From assembly GCA_022646745.1 (NCBI GenBank), contig CP060262.1:3000001-3032000 (forward strand): a stretch of 32,000 nucleotides of DNA. Direction: 5' to 3'. Positions 22,554 through 32,000 of this stretch are shown here, piece after piece. Source of the DNA: Planctomycetales bacterium. Its GTDB lineage: Bacteria; 4484-113; JAFGCY01. Both the position numbers and the translations under genes were made by a program. The notes beneath the pieces are model-generated. The model was given only the letters and a program-made list of their open reading frames with translations, was not told the origin of the DNA and ran no database searches. Each line of letters opens with the position of its first letter. The first letter of the stretch is position 1.

Positions 22554-25424
22554 TCAGCTGACCCAGGTCATCTCCTCGCTGATCGGGTAGTATTCGCCAT
22601 CGATTTCCGCAAGTGTAATCATGTGGCCGCTGAGGGGCATGTTGATGTGCATTGTCAGTCTGGCCGATGCCGGCAGCTCCTCCGCCCAGGGGTTGACCGC
22701 CGGATCATGGCTGACCGGATCGGGGTTGATGCTTACTTCAATGGAGCTGTAGCTGCCTGCGCCGTCCAGTAAGTCCCTGTAGCGCTGGACCTGCTCCTCG
22801 CTGGACAGGCTGATGCTCTGGCTGTTGGCAGTGGAATAGGCCAGCGGCCCCAGGCCTTCAGTGCTTTCGATGAACATCACATGCCAGGGACTGGCCGGTT
22901 CCAGGTCGCGCCACCAGCCGTCATTGCCATCCACCGTATAGAAGAATGCCATCCCGCGCAGCACGGCGCGCTCCATTACACCGCTGGCTGACGGGTCCGC
23001 GAGTGGATGAGCATCTTCTGCATCGCCTGCGCCATCGCCGTCACTGTCAGGATTAGCTGGGTCAGTCTGCATCAGTTGCTCAGCTACATCCGTCAGGCCG
23101 TCGCCATCTGAGTCCATCCGCAGGGCAGCCAGGTCAAGCGTATCCTCCTGCCACTCGGCGGCTTCCATCACCATGTAGTGGCCCTTGTCTCCACCTTCTT
23201 CAGTGTTGTCATAGTCAACGCGCTTGTTGACGGCCTTGTAGTGCCCGATTGTCAGCTGGCCCGGGGACCCGGAAAGCTCCAATGTCAGGGCACGTGGCGG
23301 GCTGGGAGCATCACGGTCATATCCGGGATCCCTGCGCAAGGGTCCGCCGGGGTGCATCAGGCGGAAGTAGTTGTGCAGCAGCCCGGTTGCCAGTACTTCC
23401 TCGAAAGCGCCGTCCGCATCCTCATCAATGCCGAGCAGGATCTCCCGGCTGCACAGTGGCCCGTCGCCAACGAAGGCGGTGTAGCTGGTTCCACCTGGAC
23501 CTGCGGCTGTGGCCTGCCAGACCGGCTCCGCCTGGCCTTCAGCATCCCAGTAGCTGTCAATTCGCCGGTCTTCGGTTCCGAAGGAGTAGGGAGGCTGCTT
23601 GGCCTGATATGCGGGTGTGAGCAGGACCCCGTAGTACGAGTCCAGCCAGGCCTTTGCTTGTGAGCCACCGCAGGATGCCAGCAGTCCCGGGATCGATTCC
23701 TGCATGCGTGCGGTTGGTGGCGCAGCATACCAGCGCAGCAATGTGTCCACGTAATGCTCATCCGGTTGCTTCATCAGCTGGTCTACCAGTGCATCAATCG
23801 CCTGGTAGTCCCGCGGTCCCCATTCAGAGTTGTCTTCCGGACTGATGCGGATGGCCAGCAGGGCCAGGCTGTCCAGCTGCGCTGGCTGCATCTCCGGCAT
23901 CAGCGGCAGCAGCAGCTTGAAGGCGTTGATGTCCCCGTCCACGAACTGTCCCATCAGGCCTGATTCGCTGCTGGGATCCGCAGCTTCCATGAAGCTCGCA
24001 ACCTGCTGCGAGTAGTCCGGCAGTTCGCCGTTGACGACAAGCTTGCCGGGCAGCGGCAGGCCATCCGGCCCTAGGTCCAGTTTTAGCAGGTGCGAGTTGG
24101 CATCGTAGAAATCGTGGCCGCTGGGAACGGTTTCGAACAGCACGAACATCTCGTTGCCATCCACCGTGATGTTCTGCACATCCAGCCCGGACAGGGCATC
24201 CAGTACCGTGACGGTGCCAGTTGCGGCATCAAGCAGTTCCACGCGTCCCTGCTGGTTCTCCTCGCCATCCCAGTAGACATGTTCCCCGGCGAGGCTGATC
24301 CACTGGCCTCCGCCGGTGTAGTCCCTTGCCTGGTATGGATGCAGCTGCCGGCCGGTGCGGATGTCGAACAGGTTCATGCCCGGATCGCGGTTGATGGCAA
24401 GCAGCTGCTGGTTCACCTTCATCTGCTCGCCGTAAGAATTGTATAGGCCAGGCATTTCCTGTTGCCAGAGTTCATCGCCACTGGACAGGTCAAACACGCG
24501 CAGCAGCGGTTCACCCTCGCGACGGTAACCACCGGTGTCAGTGGCAGTCGGATCCTCGAACAGGGATTCGAAACTGAGCTGGGCCAGGTACGGCCCGTCC
24601 ATCTGCATTTCATGCGCGCAGTTGAGCCGCGAATCCGCAATGCGGCGTGGCGCGGCACCAGGCTTATATGAATAGAGCGAGTCATTGGTGAGCAGTGCAA
24701 TGTAGTCGTTGCCAAAGCTCGGTTGCCCGCAACCTCCGAACACCCCGGGCAGCGCATGCTGTTCCAGTACCTCCCCGCTGGCAGGATTCACCAGCTGGAC
24801 CAGGTCAAAGCTGGTGGGTTCCCAGGCTTCCGTCTGCACTGCTTCGGCCAGCCAGACCGCTCCTTCGGGACCGATTGAGATAAGCCTGCGCTTGCGGATA
24901 TCCTGCAGGTCGGATCCGTCAGTCGCATCCACGATGTTGCTGAAGTCTGCATCCCTGAAGCAGCCAATGTAGTGCTCACCGATGACGTATGCGCCATCGA
25001 ACCAGTCTGCACCGTTGCCATCGTAGGTCCACAGGTAGTCGCCGGTCCGGCGGTTGAATGCTCGCAGGCTGTCCGTTTCAGTGATCAGTATGATCTGCTC
25101 TCCGGTGAACACCCTGCTGGCATGGCCCTCTGTACCGAGGTGGGTGTACCAGCCTGATATCTCCGGCAGCTCGGGGATTTCCACGATGTGCTTCTGCCTG
25201 CTGCTGTTGAGCAGCGAATCAAGGCTGTCGAATTCCTGGATAGCCGGCATGACATTCCAGTCAGCCGGATTGCCGCGGGCCAGCAGCTCCGCGGCGGGCC
25301 CATCCGCCGCAGGATTGCCAGCCTGGATGTTGGCAGCGGGCTGGCTAACTCCCGTACCGCAGTGCAGTCCACTGAAGCCAATGAGTAACGCTGCCAGGCT
25401 AGCGCGCAGTAATCCAGTTCCCAT
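22554..25424 (-). CDS. large exported protein: PQQ/BamB-like beta-propeller repeats plus thrombospondin type-3-like Ca-binding repeats
   Basis: ATG 25424 with a GGGAGGA Shine-Dalgarno sequence. Signal peptide MGTGLLRASLAALLIGFSGLHC. Propeller-type motifs GDYLWTY and GDELWQQ. DSDGDGLTDVAEQ...DPANPDSDGDGAGDAEDAHPLADP is encoded at about 22987-23115. Confidence 0.75.
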   Translation of the reverse strand: MGTGLLRASLAALLIGFSGLHCGTGVSQPAANIQAGNPAADGPAAELLARGNPADWNVMPAIQEFDSLDSLLNSSRQKHIVEIPELPEISGWYTHLGTEGHASRVFTGEQIILITETDSLRAFNRRTGDYLWTYDGNGADWFDGAYVIGEHYIGCFRDADFSNIVDATDGSDLQDIRKRRLISIGPEGAVWLAEAVQTEAWEPTSFDLVQLVNPASGEVLEQHALPGVFGGCGQPSFGNDYIALLTNDSLYSYKPGAAPRRIADSRLNCAHEMQMDGPYLAQLSFESLFEDPTATDTGGYRREGEPLLRVFDLSSGDELWQQEMPGLYNSYGEQMKVNQQLLAINRDPGMNLFDIRTGRQLHPYQARDYTGGGQWISLAGEHVYWDGEENQQGRVELLDAATGTVTVLDALSGLDVQNITVDGNEMFVLFETVPSGHDFYDANSHLLKLDLGPDGLPLPGKLVVNGELPDYSQQVASFMEAADPSSESGLMGQFVDGDINAFKLLLPLMPEMQPAQLDSLALLAIRISPEDNSEWGPRDYQAIDALVDQLMKQPDEHYVDTLLRWYAAPPTARMQESIPGLLASCGGSQAKAWLDSYYGVLLTPAYQAKQPPYSFGTEDRRIDSYWDAEGQAEPVWQATAAGPGGTSYTAFVGDGPLCSREILLGIDEDADGAFEEVLATGLLHNYFRLMHPGGPLRRDPGYDRDAPSPPRALTLELSGSPGQLTIGHYKAVNKRVDYDNTEEGGDKGHYMVMEAAEWQEDTLDLAALRMDSDGDGLTDVAEQLMQTDPANPDSDGDGAGDAEDAHPLADPSASGVMERAVLRGMAFFYTVDGNDGWWRDLEPASPWHVMFIESTEGLGPLAYSTANSQSISLSSEEQVQRYRDLLDGAGSYSSIEVSINPDPVSHDPAVNPWAEELPASARLTMHINMPLSGHMITLAEIDGEYYPISEEMTWVS

Positions 25425-25486
25425 GGTGTCCTCCCGACAGCAATATGCTGACTTCTGACTGGACAGTTGTCGAGGGTCGCGGGTTC

Positions 25487-25513
25487 AAAAAAAGGGGAGG
25501 CCGGAGCCTCCCC
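25487..25513 (-). terminator. rho-independent terminator of pckA
   Basis: On the minus strand, the perfect 8-bp hairpin GGGGAGGC-tccg-GCCTCCCC is followed by T7, the complement of A7 at 25487-25493. It sits about 70 nt after the pckA stop. Confidence 0.8.
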
Positions 25514-25585
25514 TTGTAAGGGCTGCGAAGCGGACTTCACAGCTTTCAGAATCAGTTACTGGATGGTGCAGCTTTGCCGCAGCTC

Positions 25586-27187
25586 CTACAGGCCGGGTGC
25601 TGCGTTGCGCACGCCCTCGGAAACGCTGTCAGCGTACTTCTTGAAGGCCTCACCGAACATGCCAGCCAGCTTCTTCGCCGTGGCATCGTAGGCGTCCTTG
25701 TCCGCCCAGGTGTCACGCGGCTTCAGCAGCTCATTGGGCACGCCGGGGCAGCTCTCGGGAACGCTGAGGTGGAAGTTGGAGTCGTTCCAGGTTTCCACAT
25801 TGTCCAGCTTGCCGTCCAGCGCGGCATGCAGCATGGCACGGCTGTAGGTGATGCTGATGCGTCGGCCAACGCCGTAACCGCCACCGCTCCAGCCAGTGTT
25901 GAGCAGCCAGACGCGGCAGTTGTGCTTCTCGATGCGCTCTGAAAGCATATTGCCGTAGACGCTGGGGCGCAGAGGCATGAAGGCCGCGCCGAAACAGGTA
26001 CTGAAAGTCGGGGAGGGTTCGGTCACTCCAACTTCAGTGCCGGCCACCTTGGCGGTGTAACCCAGCAGGAACCAGACCTGTGCCTGTTCAGCGGTCAGCT
26101 TGCTGAGCGGGGGCAGCACGCCGTAGGCGTCGCAGGTCAGGAACACGATGTCGCTGGGGGTCGGCCCGGAGAGGGTCTTGGAGCTGTTGGAGATGATGCG
26201 CAAGTCATAGCCGCAGCGCGTGTTCTCGGTCTTGCTCTTGTCGTCGAAGTCGATGATGCGGGTCGCCGGGTCGAAGCCGACGTTCTCGATCACGGTGCCG
26301 AAGCGGTGGCAGGCATCCCAGATCTCGGGTTCGCCGGCCTTGCTCAGGTTGATGGTCTTGGCATAACAGCCGCCCTCGTAGTTGAAGACGCCGCCGTCGT
26401 GCCAGCCGTGCTCGTCATCGCCGATCAGGGTGCGGTGCGGGTCGGCACTGAGGCTGGTCTTGCCGGTGCCGGACAGGCCAAAGAACACGGCGCTGCGTCC
26501 GTTGGAACCGGTGTTGGCGCTGCAGTGCATGCTCATCACGCCGCGCATCGGGTTGAGGTAGTTGAGCACCGTGAAGATGCCCTTCTTGATTTCACCCGCG
26601 TAGTCGGAGCCGAGCACGAGGATCATCTGCTTCTCGAAGTTGAGCAGCACATGCACGCCGGTGTCGCGGTCCTCCGCCTTGCAGAACGGCACGCAGACAA
26701 CGACCCAGTCAGCCTTGTGCTCCTGCGGGTCCTTGGCCTGGTCGAGGCTGATGAACTGGTTCTGGGTGAACAGCGCCTGGAAGGGCTTCTCGCTGATCAC
26801 ACGCACGCCGAGGCGATACTGCTTCTCGGCGCCGGCGAAGACATCCTGTACGAAGACATCCTTGCCGTCGAGGTAATCCTGGACCTGCTTGTAGCGCTTT
26901 TCCCAGGTGGCCTCATCCGTGGCCTGGTTGATGGCGTTCCAGTCGATGTTGTCGTGGATCGCCGGCTGGTCAACGATGAAGCGGTCCTTGGGCATACGCC
27001 CCGTCGTCTTGCCGGTGTCGCACATGAGTGCGCCGTGGCTGGAGAGGAAACCCTCGCCGCGGTTGAGCGTATGCTCGTAGAGTGCGGCCCTGCTGAGGTT
27101 GTAATAAACCTCACCGAGATTCCTGAATCCGTGAACACTGAGATCAGGTGCTGCCTTAGCCATGGCAGACTGTGGTGTAGCGGACAT
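25586..27187 (-). CDS. pckA: phosphoenolpyruvate carboxykinase (ATP)
   Basis: Kinase-1a P-loop FFGLSGTGKTSLSADP, plus LIGDDEHGW, GGCYAK and NTGWSGGGYGVG blocks. AAGGAG Shine-Dalgarno sequence upstream of ATG 27187. Confidence 0.95.
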   Translation of the reverse strand: MSATPQSAMAKAAPDLSVHGFRNLGEVYYNLSRAALYEHTLNRGEGFLSSHGALMCDTGKTTGRMPKDRFIVDQPAIHDNIDWNAINQATDEATWEKRYKQVQDYLDGKDVFVQDVFAGAEKQYRLGVRVISEKPFQALFTQNQFISLDQAKDPQEHKADWVVVCVPFCKAEDRDTGVHVLLNFEKQMILVLGSDYAGEIKKGIFTVLNYLNPMRGVMSMHCSANTGSNGRSAVFFGLSGTGKTSLSADPHRTLIGDDEHGWHDGGVFNYEGGCYAKTINLSKAGEPEIWDACHRFGTVIENVGFDPATRIIDFDDKSKTENTRCGYDLRIISNSSKTLSGPTPSDIVFLTCDAYGVLPPLSKLTAEQAQVWFLLGYTAKVAGTEVGVTEPSPTFSTCFGAAFMPLRPSVYGNMLSERIEKHNCRVWLLNTGWSGGGYGVGRRISITYSRAMLHAALDGKLDNVETWNDSNFHLSVPESCPGVPNELLKPRDTWADKDAYDATAKKLAGMFGEAFKKYADSVSEGVRNAAPGL

Positions 27188-27244
27188 TACTACTCCTTGG
27201 CTTGTAACAGAACATTGATCCGGGAACCCGCCCGGAGACCGTTA

Positions 27245-27253
27245 ATTATAGCA
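27245..27253 (-). promoter_or_regulatory. candidate extended -10 promoter (TGcTATAAT) for pckA
   Basis: The minus strand reads TGC-TATAAT about 58 nt upstream of the pckA ATG. No good -35 element is present. Confidence 0.35.
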
Positions 27254-27348
27254 AGCCCCATTGAGCTGGGCTCCCATTTGGCAGCCTGCCGCTGCACTCC
27301 CTGGTGCAGGATAACCCCGAATTGAGACTGCATGCCGCCTGCCTTCCA

Positions 27349-27378
27349 TTGTATTAATCAAAGTTTTATCGTTATAAT
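27349..27378 (+). promoter_or_regulatory. candidate sigma70 promoter TTGTAT-N18-TATAAT for the FG-GAP lipoprotein gene
   Basis: TTGTAT at 27349-27354 and TATAAT at 27373-27378, in the AT-richer part of the 328-bp divergent spacer. The -10 lies about 140 nt upstream of ATG 27516. Confidence 0.4.
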
Positions 27379-27515
27379 CACCTTGGCGCGGGAAGGGGTT
27401 TCCCGGGCATGCCGGACCTGGCTGATTGCACACAGCGAGGGATGGCCAGAGGTCTTTACCGGTTGGATTCTGATTGGTTGAAGGAAGGGCTACCTTGAAG
27501 CAAAGGACTACTGCC

Positions 27516-30500
27516 ATGACACGCAATGTCGTCGCGCATATCCCGAACCACCGCGCGCTCGCATATTCCCGACTCCTTATCATCTGCGCCAGCATGGCAG
27601 TCATGCTGCTTCTTGCCGCCTGCGGCGGTGGTACGCAGAAGTCGACCACCGGCAGCGGCAGTCCGCGCAAGAGCAGCCACACGGCAGCCACGGCGGTGGA
27701 GAGCACCCCGCTGGCCAGCGCGGGATCCGGCGGCAGCTTCGTCAAGCTGGAGGCTGCTGAAACTGGCATCGACTTCGTCAATGACGTGACCCAGCGTGAG
27801 CTGATCGTCTCGCAGGTCGCCACCCACAGCGGTGTGGCCAGTGGAGACATCGACGGCGATGGTGACCTGGACCTGTTCTTTGCAGGCGTGAACAGCAAGA
27901 ACAGGCTGTACCGCAATGACGGGGCAATGAAGTTCACTGACATCACGGCGGATGCCGGCGCTGACATCAGCGGCGGGGACAGGCTCGGCGCCTGTGCCGC
28001 CTTCGCCGACCTGAACGGCGATGGCAAGCTCGACCTGTACGTCGGCAACTCCGATGCCGGGAACGAGCTGTTCTTCGGTGACGGCACGGGCAAGTTCACT
28101 GAAGCCCCCGCCGGCCACGGAGCGGATGACGCGCGTGCCGCTACCTCAACCGCCCTGTTCGATGCAGACGAGGACGGCGACCTCGACATCTTCATCTGCA
28201 ACTACGCAATGAATACGACGGCGCCGAGTGTGCTGCAGTCACTGATCCCGGAGGATGGCCAGAAGGCCGTGATCCCCTCGCACCTGCAGGAGGAACTGTA
28301 TGTCGATGAGAAGGGCTGGCCGCGCCATCGCCCTGACCGCGACACCTTCCTGCTCAATGACGGCAGCGGCAGGTTCACTGATGTGACCGAGCAGCGCGGG
28401 CTGGACTTCGTCAGCTTCAGCTTCCAGGCCCAGGCAGTTGACTTTGACAACGACGGTGACGATGACCTGTATGTCACCAGTGACTTCGAGACCCCGGACC
28501 GGGCCTTCCTGAATGATGGCAAGGGCAACTTCTCCCTGGTCACGGCGGAGATGTTCCGCAAGACCGCGCTGTACGGCATGGGTGCCGACAGCGGCGACGT
28601 CAACAATGACGGCCTGCCGGACCTGTTCGTGGCCGACATGAGCGCCCGCGGCAAGCAGCGCTCGAAGCGCCAGAGCGGCGACATGTATGAGTGGCGCTGG
28701 GAGTTCATGAATCAGGACCCGCAGCCGCAGATGCGCAACATGCTGTTCGTCAACACCGGCGGCGGCTGGATGAGCGAACTGGCCAGCCTGGCCGGGGTGA
28801 AGAGCTCGGACTGGACCTGGGCCGCGCGCTTCGCCGACATGGACTGCGACGGCTTTGAGGACCTCTACACCGCTACCGGCTTCACCCGTGACGCGATGGA
28901 CGTGGACACCACGAACCAGATCCAGTCCTTCGTTGCCAGCGGTGAGGATGCCGGTGCGATCCAGGACTTCATCGCAGGCCAGCCGGTCTACCGCGTGGAG
29001 GACTACACCTTCCGCAACAACGGCCAGCTCGGCTTCAAGACCCCGGATGACAACTGGGGCCTCAACATTGAAACCTACAGTGCGGGAGCCAGCCTGTCAG
29101 ATTATGACGGCGATGGCGACCCGGACCTGATCATCAACTACACCTTTGATCCGGCCGGCGTGTTCCGCAATGACATCTCGACAAGCAAGCGCCTGACGAT
29201 CGACCTGGTGCAGGAAGGCAGCAACCCGCGCGCCGTCGGTGCCCGCGTCTGGGCGCATGTCGGCGACCAGCTGATGAGCCGTGACGTGATCATCGGCCGC
29301 GGCTTCGCCTCCGGTGAATCGACCCGCCTGCACTTCGGGCTGGGTTCGGCAACTAAGATCGACAAGCTGGAGATCCGCTGGCCTGACAACAAGCTGCAGG
29401 TGGTGGATGGGCTGGATGCCGGCAACCACTACACGATCCACCGTAGTTCCGACCTGACGGACTGGAAGCCGGCGGAGGTTGATGCCCTGTTCGAGACGAG
29501 TGAGATTGCCTGGGAGCAGCAGGAAATCAATACTGCGGCACTTGAATATGACAAGGAGCCGCTGCTGCCCTGGCAGATGAGCACGCTTGGCACCGGCATG
29601 GCGCTGGCTGACACGGATGGCGACGGCCTCGAGGAACTGATCCTGGGCGGTGCGGCCGGCCAGGACGGTGTCTGGCTGGAGCGCGACGCCAGCGGCAAGT
29701 GGACCGATGTGCAGAACAACCTGAAGGACCTGGTCGGCACGGAGGCTGAGGTGACCGGCATCCGTGTGCTTGACCTTGACGGCGATGGCCGCCGCGACAT
29801 CCTGCTGGCAACCGGCGGGATCGAGGGCAATGAGCTGGATGGCAGCTTCCGCAACTACCTGTTGATGAACCTCGAGACCGGCCTGCGCCCGAAGCGCCTG
29901 CCGACTGACAACACGAGCGTCGGCCAGGTTGCCGCCGCGGACTTTGACCGGGATGGCGACGTGGACCTGCTGCTTTGCGGCCACGTGCGCCCCTACCAGT
30001 TCGGCCGCACTGACCGCAACTACCTGCTTGTCAACGACGGTACCGGCAACTTCACGGATTCCCCCGAGAAGGCCCCGGCGCTGAGTAACCGCAGCAACAT
30101 CACTGATGCAGTGTTCGAGGACATGGACGGTGACGGCTGGCAGGACCTCGTGATCGCCCGCTTCTGGGGCCCGGTGGAGCTCTGGCTCAACGTCGATGGT
30201 GAGCTGGTGTATGCCGAGGACCTGACGGAGCGCGGATGGTGGCGCGGGCTGGCAACCGGTGACTTCAACAGTGACGGTGTGCCTGACGTGATCGCCTGCA
30301 ACTTCGGCGAGAACACGAAGTACCACCCGAGCGCTGAGAAGCCGCAGGTCACCTACTGCTTCGACTTCGATGGCAACGGCAGCCGCGACGTGGTGGAGGC
30401 GACCTACAACTCCGACGGCACCCAGCTGCCGGGCCGTGGCCGCTCCTGCAGCGGATACGCGATCCGCAGCATCCCGCGCCGCTTCCCGACCTGGACGCAG

Positions 30501-31226
30501 TTCTCCGAGGCCTCGCTGCGAGATGTCTACGGCGATGACCTTGACCAGTCCGAGGCCTTCTACTGCGACACGGTTGACAGCGTGGTCCTGCTCAGTGGCA
30601 ACGGCGACTGGACACCCACGCCGCTGCCCGGCATGGCGCAGTGGACCGTGGCCTTCAGCGCGGCTGTGGCCGACTACAACAATGACGGCAAGCTCGACGC
30701 CTTCATCGCCGGCAACCTGGAGCAGGCCCAGCCTGAGGCCGGGCAGTGGGACAGCGGTTACGGGGCGATGCTGCTTGGCAACGGCGATGGCACATTCGAA
30801 AGCATCGGCGTGCCCGAATGCGGTGTGCGGGTCTACAACGACCAGCGCGGCAGCGCATCCGCCGACCTCGACCGGGATGGCAATGCAGACCTGCTGATTG
30901 CGATCAGCAACGGCCACCCGCGGGTGGCGATGAACCGCGGTACATACAGCAAGGGCAGCGGCCTGAACGTGCAGCTGATGGGTAGCATCGGCAATCCCGA
31001 TGCGCTTGGCGCACGCGTGCTGCTCACACTTGACGATGGAACAGTCCTTTCGCGCACTGTCGGTGACAGTGCCAGCTACCTGGCAAGCAGCACGGCGCCG
31101 GTGCACTTCGGCATCCCCGAGGGACGCACGGCCGCCAACCTGACAGTCAACTGGGCGGACGGCTCCAGCCAGGACGTGGCCGTACCCGCAGGTGAAACCA
31201 AGCTGGAGGTGATGCAGGGCATCTGA
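27516..31226 (+). CDS. FG-GAP/VCBS-repeat lipoprotein, CRTAC1 / ASPIC-UnbV family, double module
   Basis: Start set at ATG 27516 (…RLLIICASMAVMLLLAAC lipobox followed by GGG). Many D.DGDGD.D(L/I)(F/Y) FG-GAP calcium loops. Two UnbV/ASPIC-type segments: RAVGARVWAHVGDQLMSRDVIIGRGFASGESTRLHFGLG...LEIRWPD, and at the C-terminus DALGARVLLTLDDGTVLSRTVGDSASYLASSTAPVHFGIP...LTVNWADG. Confidence 0.85.
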   Translation: MTRNVVAHIPNHRALAYSRLLIICASMAVMLLLAACGGGTQKSTTGSGSPRKSSHTAATAVESTPLASAGSGGSFVKLEAAETGIDFVNDVTQRELIVSQVATHSGVASGDIDGDGDLDLFFAGVNSKNRLYRNDGAMKFTDITADAGADISGGDRLGACAAFADLNGDGKLDLYVGNSDAGNELFFGDGTGKFTEAPAGHGADDARAATSTALFDADEDGDLDIFICNYAMNTTAPSVLQSLIPEDGQKAVIPSHLQEELYVDEKGWPRHRPDRDTFLLNDGSGRFTDVTEQRGLDFVSFSFQAQAVDFDNDGDDDLYVTSDFETPDRAFLNDGKGNFSLVTAEMFRKTALYGMGADSGDVNNDGLPDLFVADMSARGKQRSKRQSGDMYEWRWEFMNQDPQPQMRNMLFVNTGGGWMSELASLAGVKSSDWTWAARFADMDCDGFEDLYTATGFTRDAMDVDTTNQIQSFVASGEDAGAIQDFIAGQPVYRVEDYTFRNNGQLGFKTPDDNWGLNIETYSAGASLSDYDGDGDPDLIINYTFDPAGVFRNDISTSKRLTIDLVQEGSNPRAVGARVWAHVGDQLMSRDVIIGRGFASGESTRLHFGLGSATKIDKLEIRWPDNKLQVVDGLDAGNHYTIHRSSDLTDWKPAEVDALFETSEIAWEQQEINTAALEYDKEPLLPWQMSTLGTGMALADTDGDGLEELILGGAAGQDGVWLERDASGKWTDVQNNLKDLVGTEAEVTGIRVLDLDGDGRRDILLATGGIEGNELDGSFRNYLLMNLETGLRPKRLPTDNTSVGQVAAADFDRDGDVDLLLCGHVRPYQFGRTDRNYLLVNDGTGNFTDSPEKAPALSNRSNITDAVFEDMDGDGWQDLVIARFWGPVELWLNVDGELVYAEDLTERGWWRGLATGDFNSDGVPDVIACNFGENTKYHPSAEKPQVTYCFDFDGNGSRDVVEATYNSDGTQLPGRGRSCSGYAIRSIPRRFPTWTQFSEASLRDVYGDDLDQSEAFYCDTVDSVVLLSGNGDWTPTPLPGMAQWTVAFSAAVADYNNDGKLDAFIAGNLEQAQPEAGQWDSGYGAMLLGNGDGTFESIGVPECGVRVYNDQRGSASADLDRDGNADLLIAISNGHPRVAMNRGTYSKGSGLNVQLMGSIGNPDALGARVLLTLDDGTVLSRTVGDSASYLASSTAPVHFGIPEGRTAANLTVNWADGSSQDVAVPAGETKLEVMQGI

Positions 31227-31324
31227 TTGACTGGAATTGTTGGCTGATCGCCTTAAGCCCTTGGACCCGGCTGGAGGCGGAGACGGGCCGTCAGAAGTAC
31301 GGCAATTCTGGACCAGGAGTAAAA

Positions 31325-32000
31325 ATTGGACACGCGCTTTTTGGCCACTGTGCTGGCATGCACGGTGGTAACGGGCTGTATGCGCGACAGTGTGCAGCAG
31401 AACAACAACGGCAGGACCGCTCAGGTTCCGCCGGCCGGTTTGATTGAACCGGTTGAAAGTACACCTCTTGCTTCCGCAACAGGCAGTGCAGCGGGATTCA
31501 CCCTGCTTGATCCACAGCAGAGTGGCATCGACTTCAGCAACGTGATCACCGACCGGCTGGTCATCCTCAGTACATTTTCCACCGTCAGTGGCGTGGCCAG
31601 TGCAGACTTTGACGATGACGGGGACATAGATGTGTTCCTGGTCGGGGTCGAGGAAGCAAGCAGGCTGTTTCGCAACGATGGCTTGATGATATTTACCGAT
31701 GTAACTGCTGAGATGCCCTGCGACATCAGCAACAACGGCGGGCTCGGTGCCAGTGCATTGTTCTTCGATGTGGAACCAGATGGTGACCTGGACCTCTACG
31801 TCGGCTACAAGAACCGCGCCAATTCCCTGTTCATCAATGAGGGCGGGCAGTTCGTGCGGGATGAGGCACAGGAACGCGGGGTGGCGAACGAGTTCGCCAC
31901 CGCAAGTGCAGCGGTGTTTGATGCTGACAACGACGGCGACCTGGACATGTACATCGCCAGCCACCTGGATTTCCCGCACGACAGGGGAATCCTGCGCGGG
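31325..32000 (+). CDS. FG-GAP/VCBS-repeat lipoprotein, CRTAC1-family paralog (3' end beyond the window)
   Basis: This ORF is not in the supplied track because it has no stop inside the window. TTG 31325 lies 5 nt after an AGGAG sequence. Lipobox ...LACTVVTGC. The translation ESTPLASATGSAAGF...GIDFSNV...VASADFDDDGDIDVFL...RLFRNDG is colinear with the N-terminus of the upstream gene. The start codon is uncertain. Confidence 0.72.

Noticed and set aside
29097-31979. 960-aa ORF on the minus strand, plus similar long ORFs at 27242-28201 (minus), 27456-28118 (minus), 26306-27325 (plus), 1069-2595 (plus), 3115-4380 (plus), 7971-8711 (plus), 8721-9539 (plus), 10988-11950 (plus), 12992-14071 (plus) and 14929-15747 (plus)
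   Set aside because: All of them lie antisense to, or out of frame with, genes that have clear family signatures. Their translations are Ala/Arg/Gly/Val/His-rich low-information sequence, which is typical of stop-poor alternative frames in high-GC DNA. No motifs were recognised.

Overview
High-GC (about 60-65% by spot counts) bacterial chromosomal window. No rRNA, tRNA, CRISPR array or transposase/integrase gene was found. All calls rest on motif recognition by eye; no searches were run. Recognisable housekeeping genes are ahcY, pyrD, ssb, pckA, a gmd-like dehydratase, a class-III aminotransferase and an ECF sigma factor with a coupled downstream ORF. These are interleaved with many exported or lipid-anchored proteins: an S55 SpoIVB-like serine peptidase, two giant M6 metalloproteases, two small lipoproteins, a 14-Cys secreted protein, a beta-propeller/TSP3-repeat protein and two CRTAC1/ASPIC-UnbV FG-GAP lipoproteins. 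The best candidate for an undescribed system is a tandemly duplicated two-gene cassette at 6621-14433. In each copy a small lipoprotein with a cohesin-like sequence pattern overlaps the start of a ~1100-aa M6 protease. Each protease carries one invariant dockerin/EF-hand-like calcium loop, which suggests a minimal surface-tethered protease module. Secondary leads are a sharply low-GC single-gene island (20895-22553), a divergent pair of a thioredoxin-fold gene and the 14-Cys secreted protein gene, and a sigmaW-like promoter in front of the ECF sigma gene. The many long antisense ORFs in the track are treated as high-GC artefacts.
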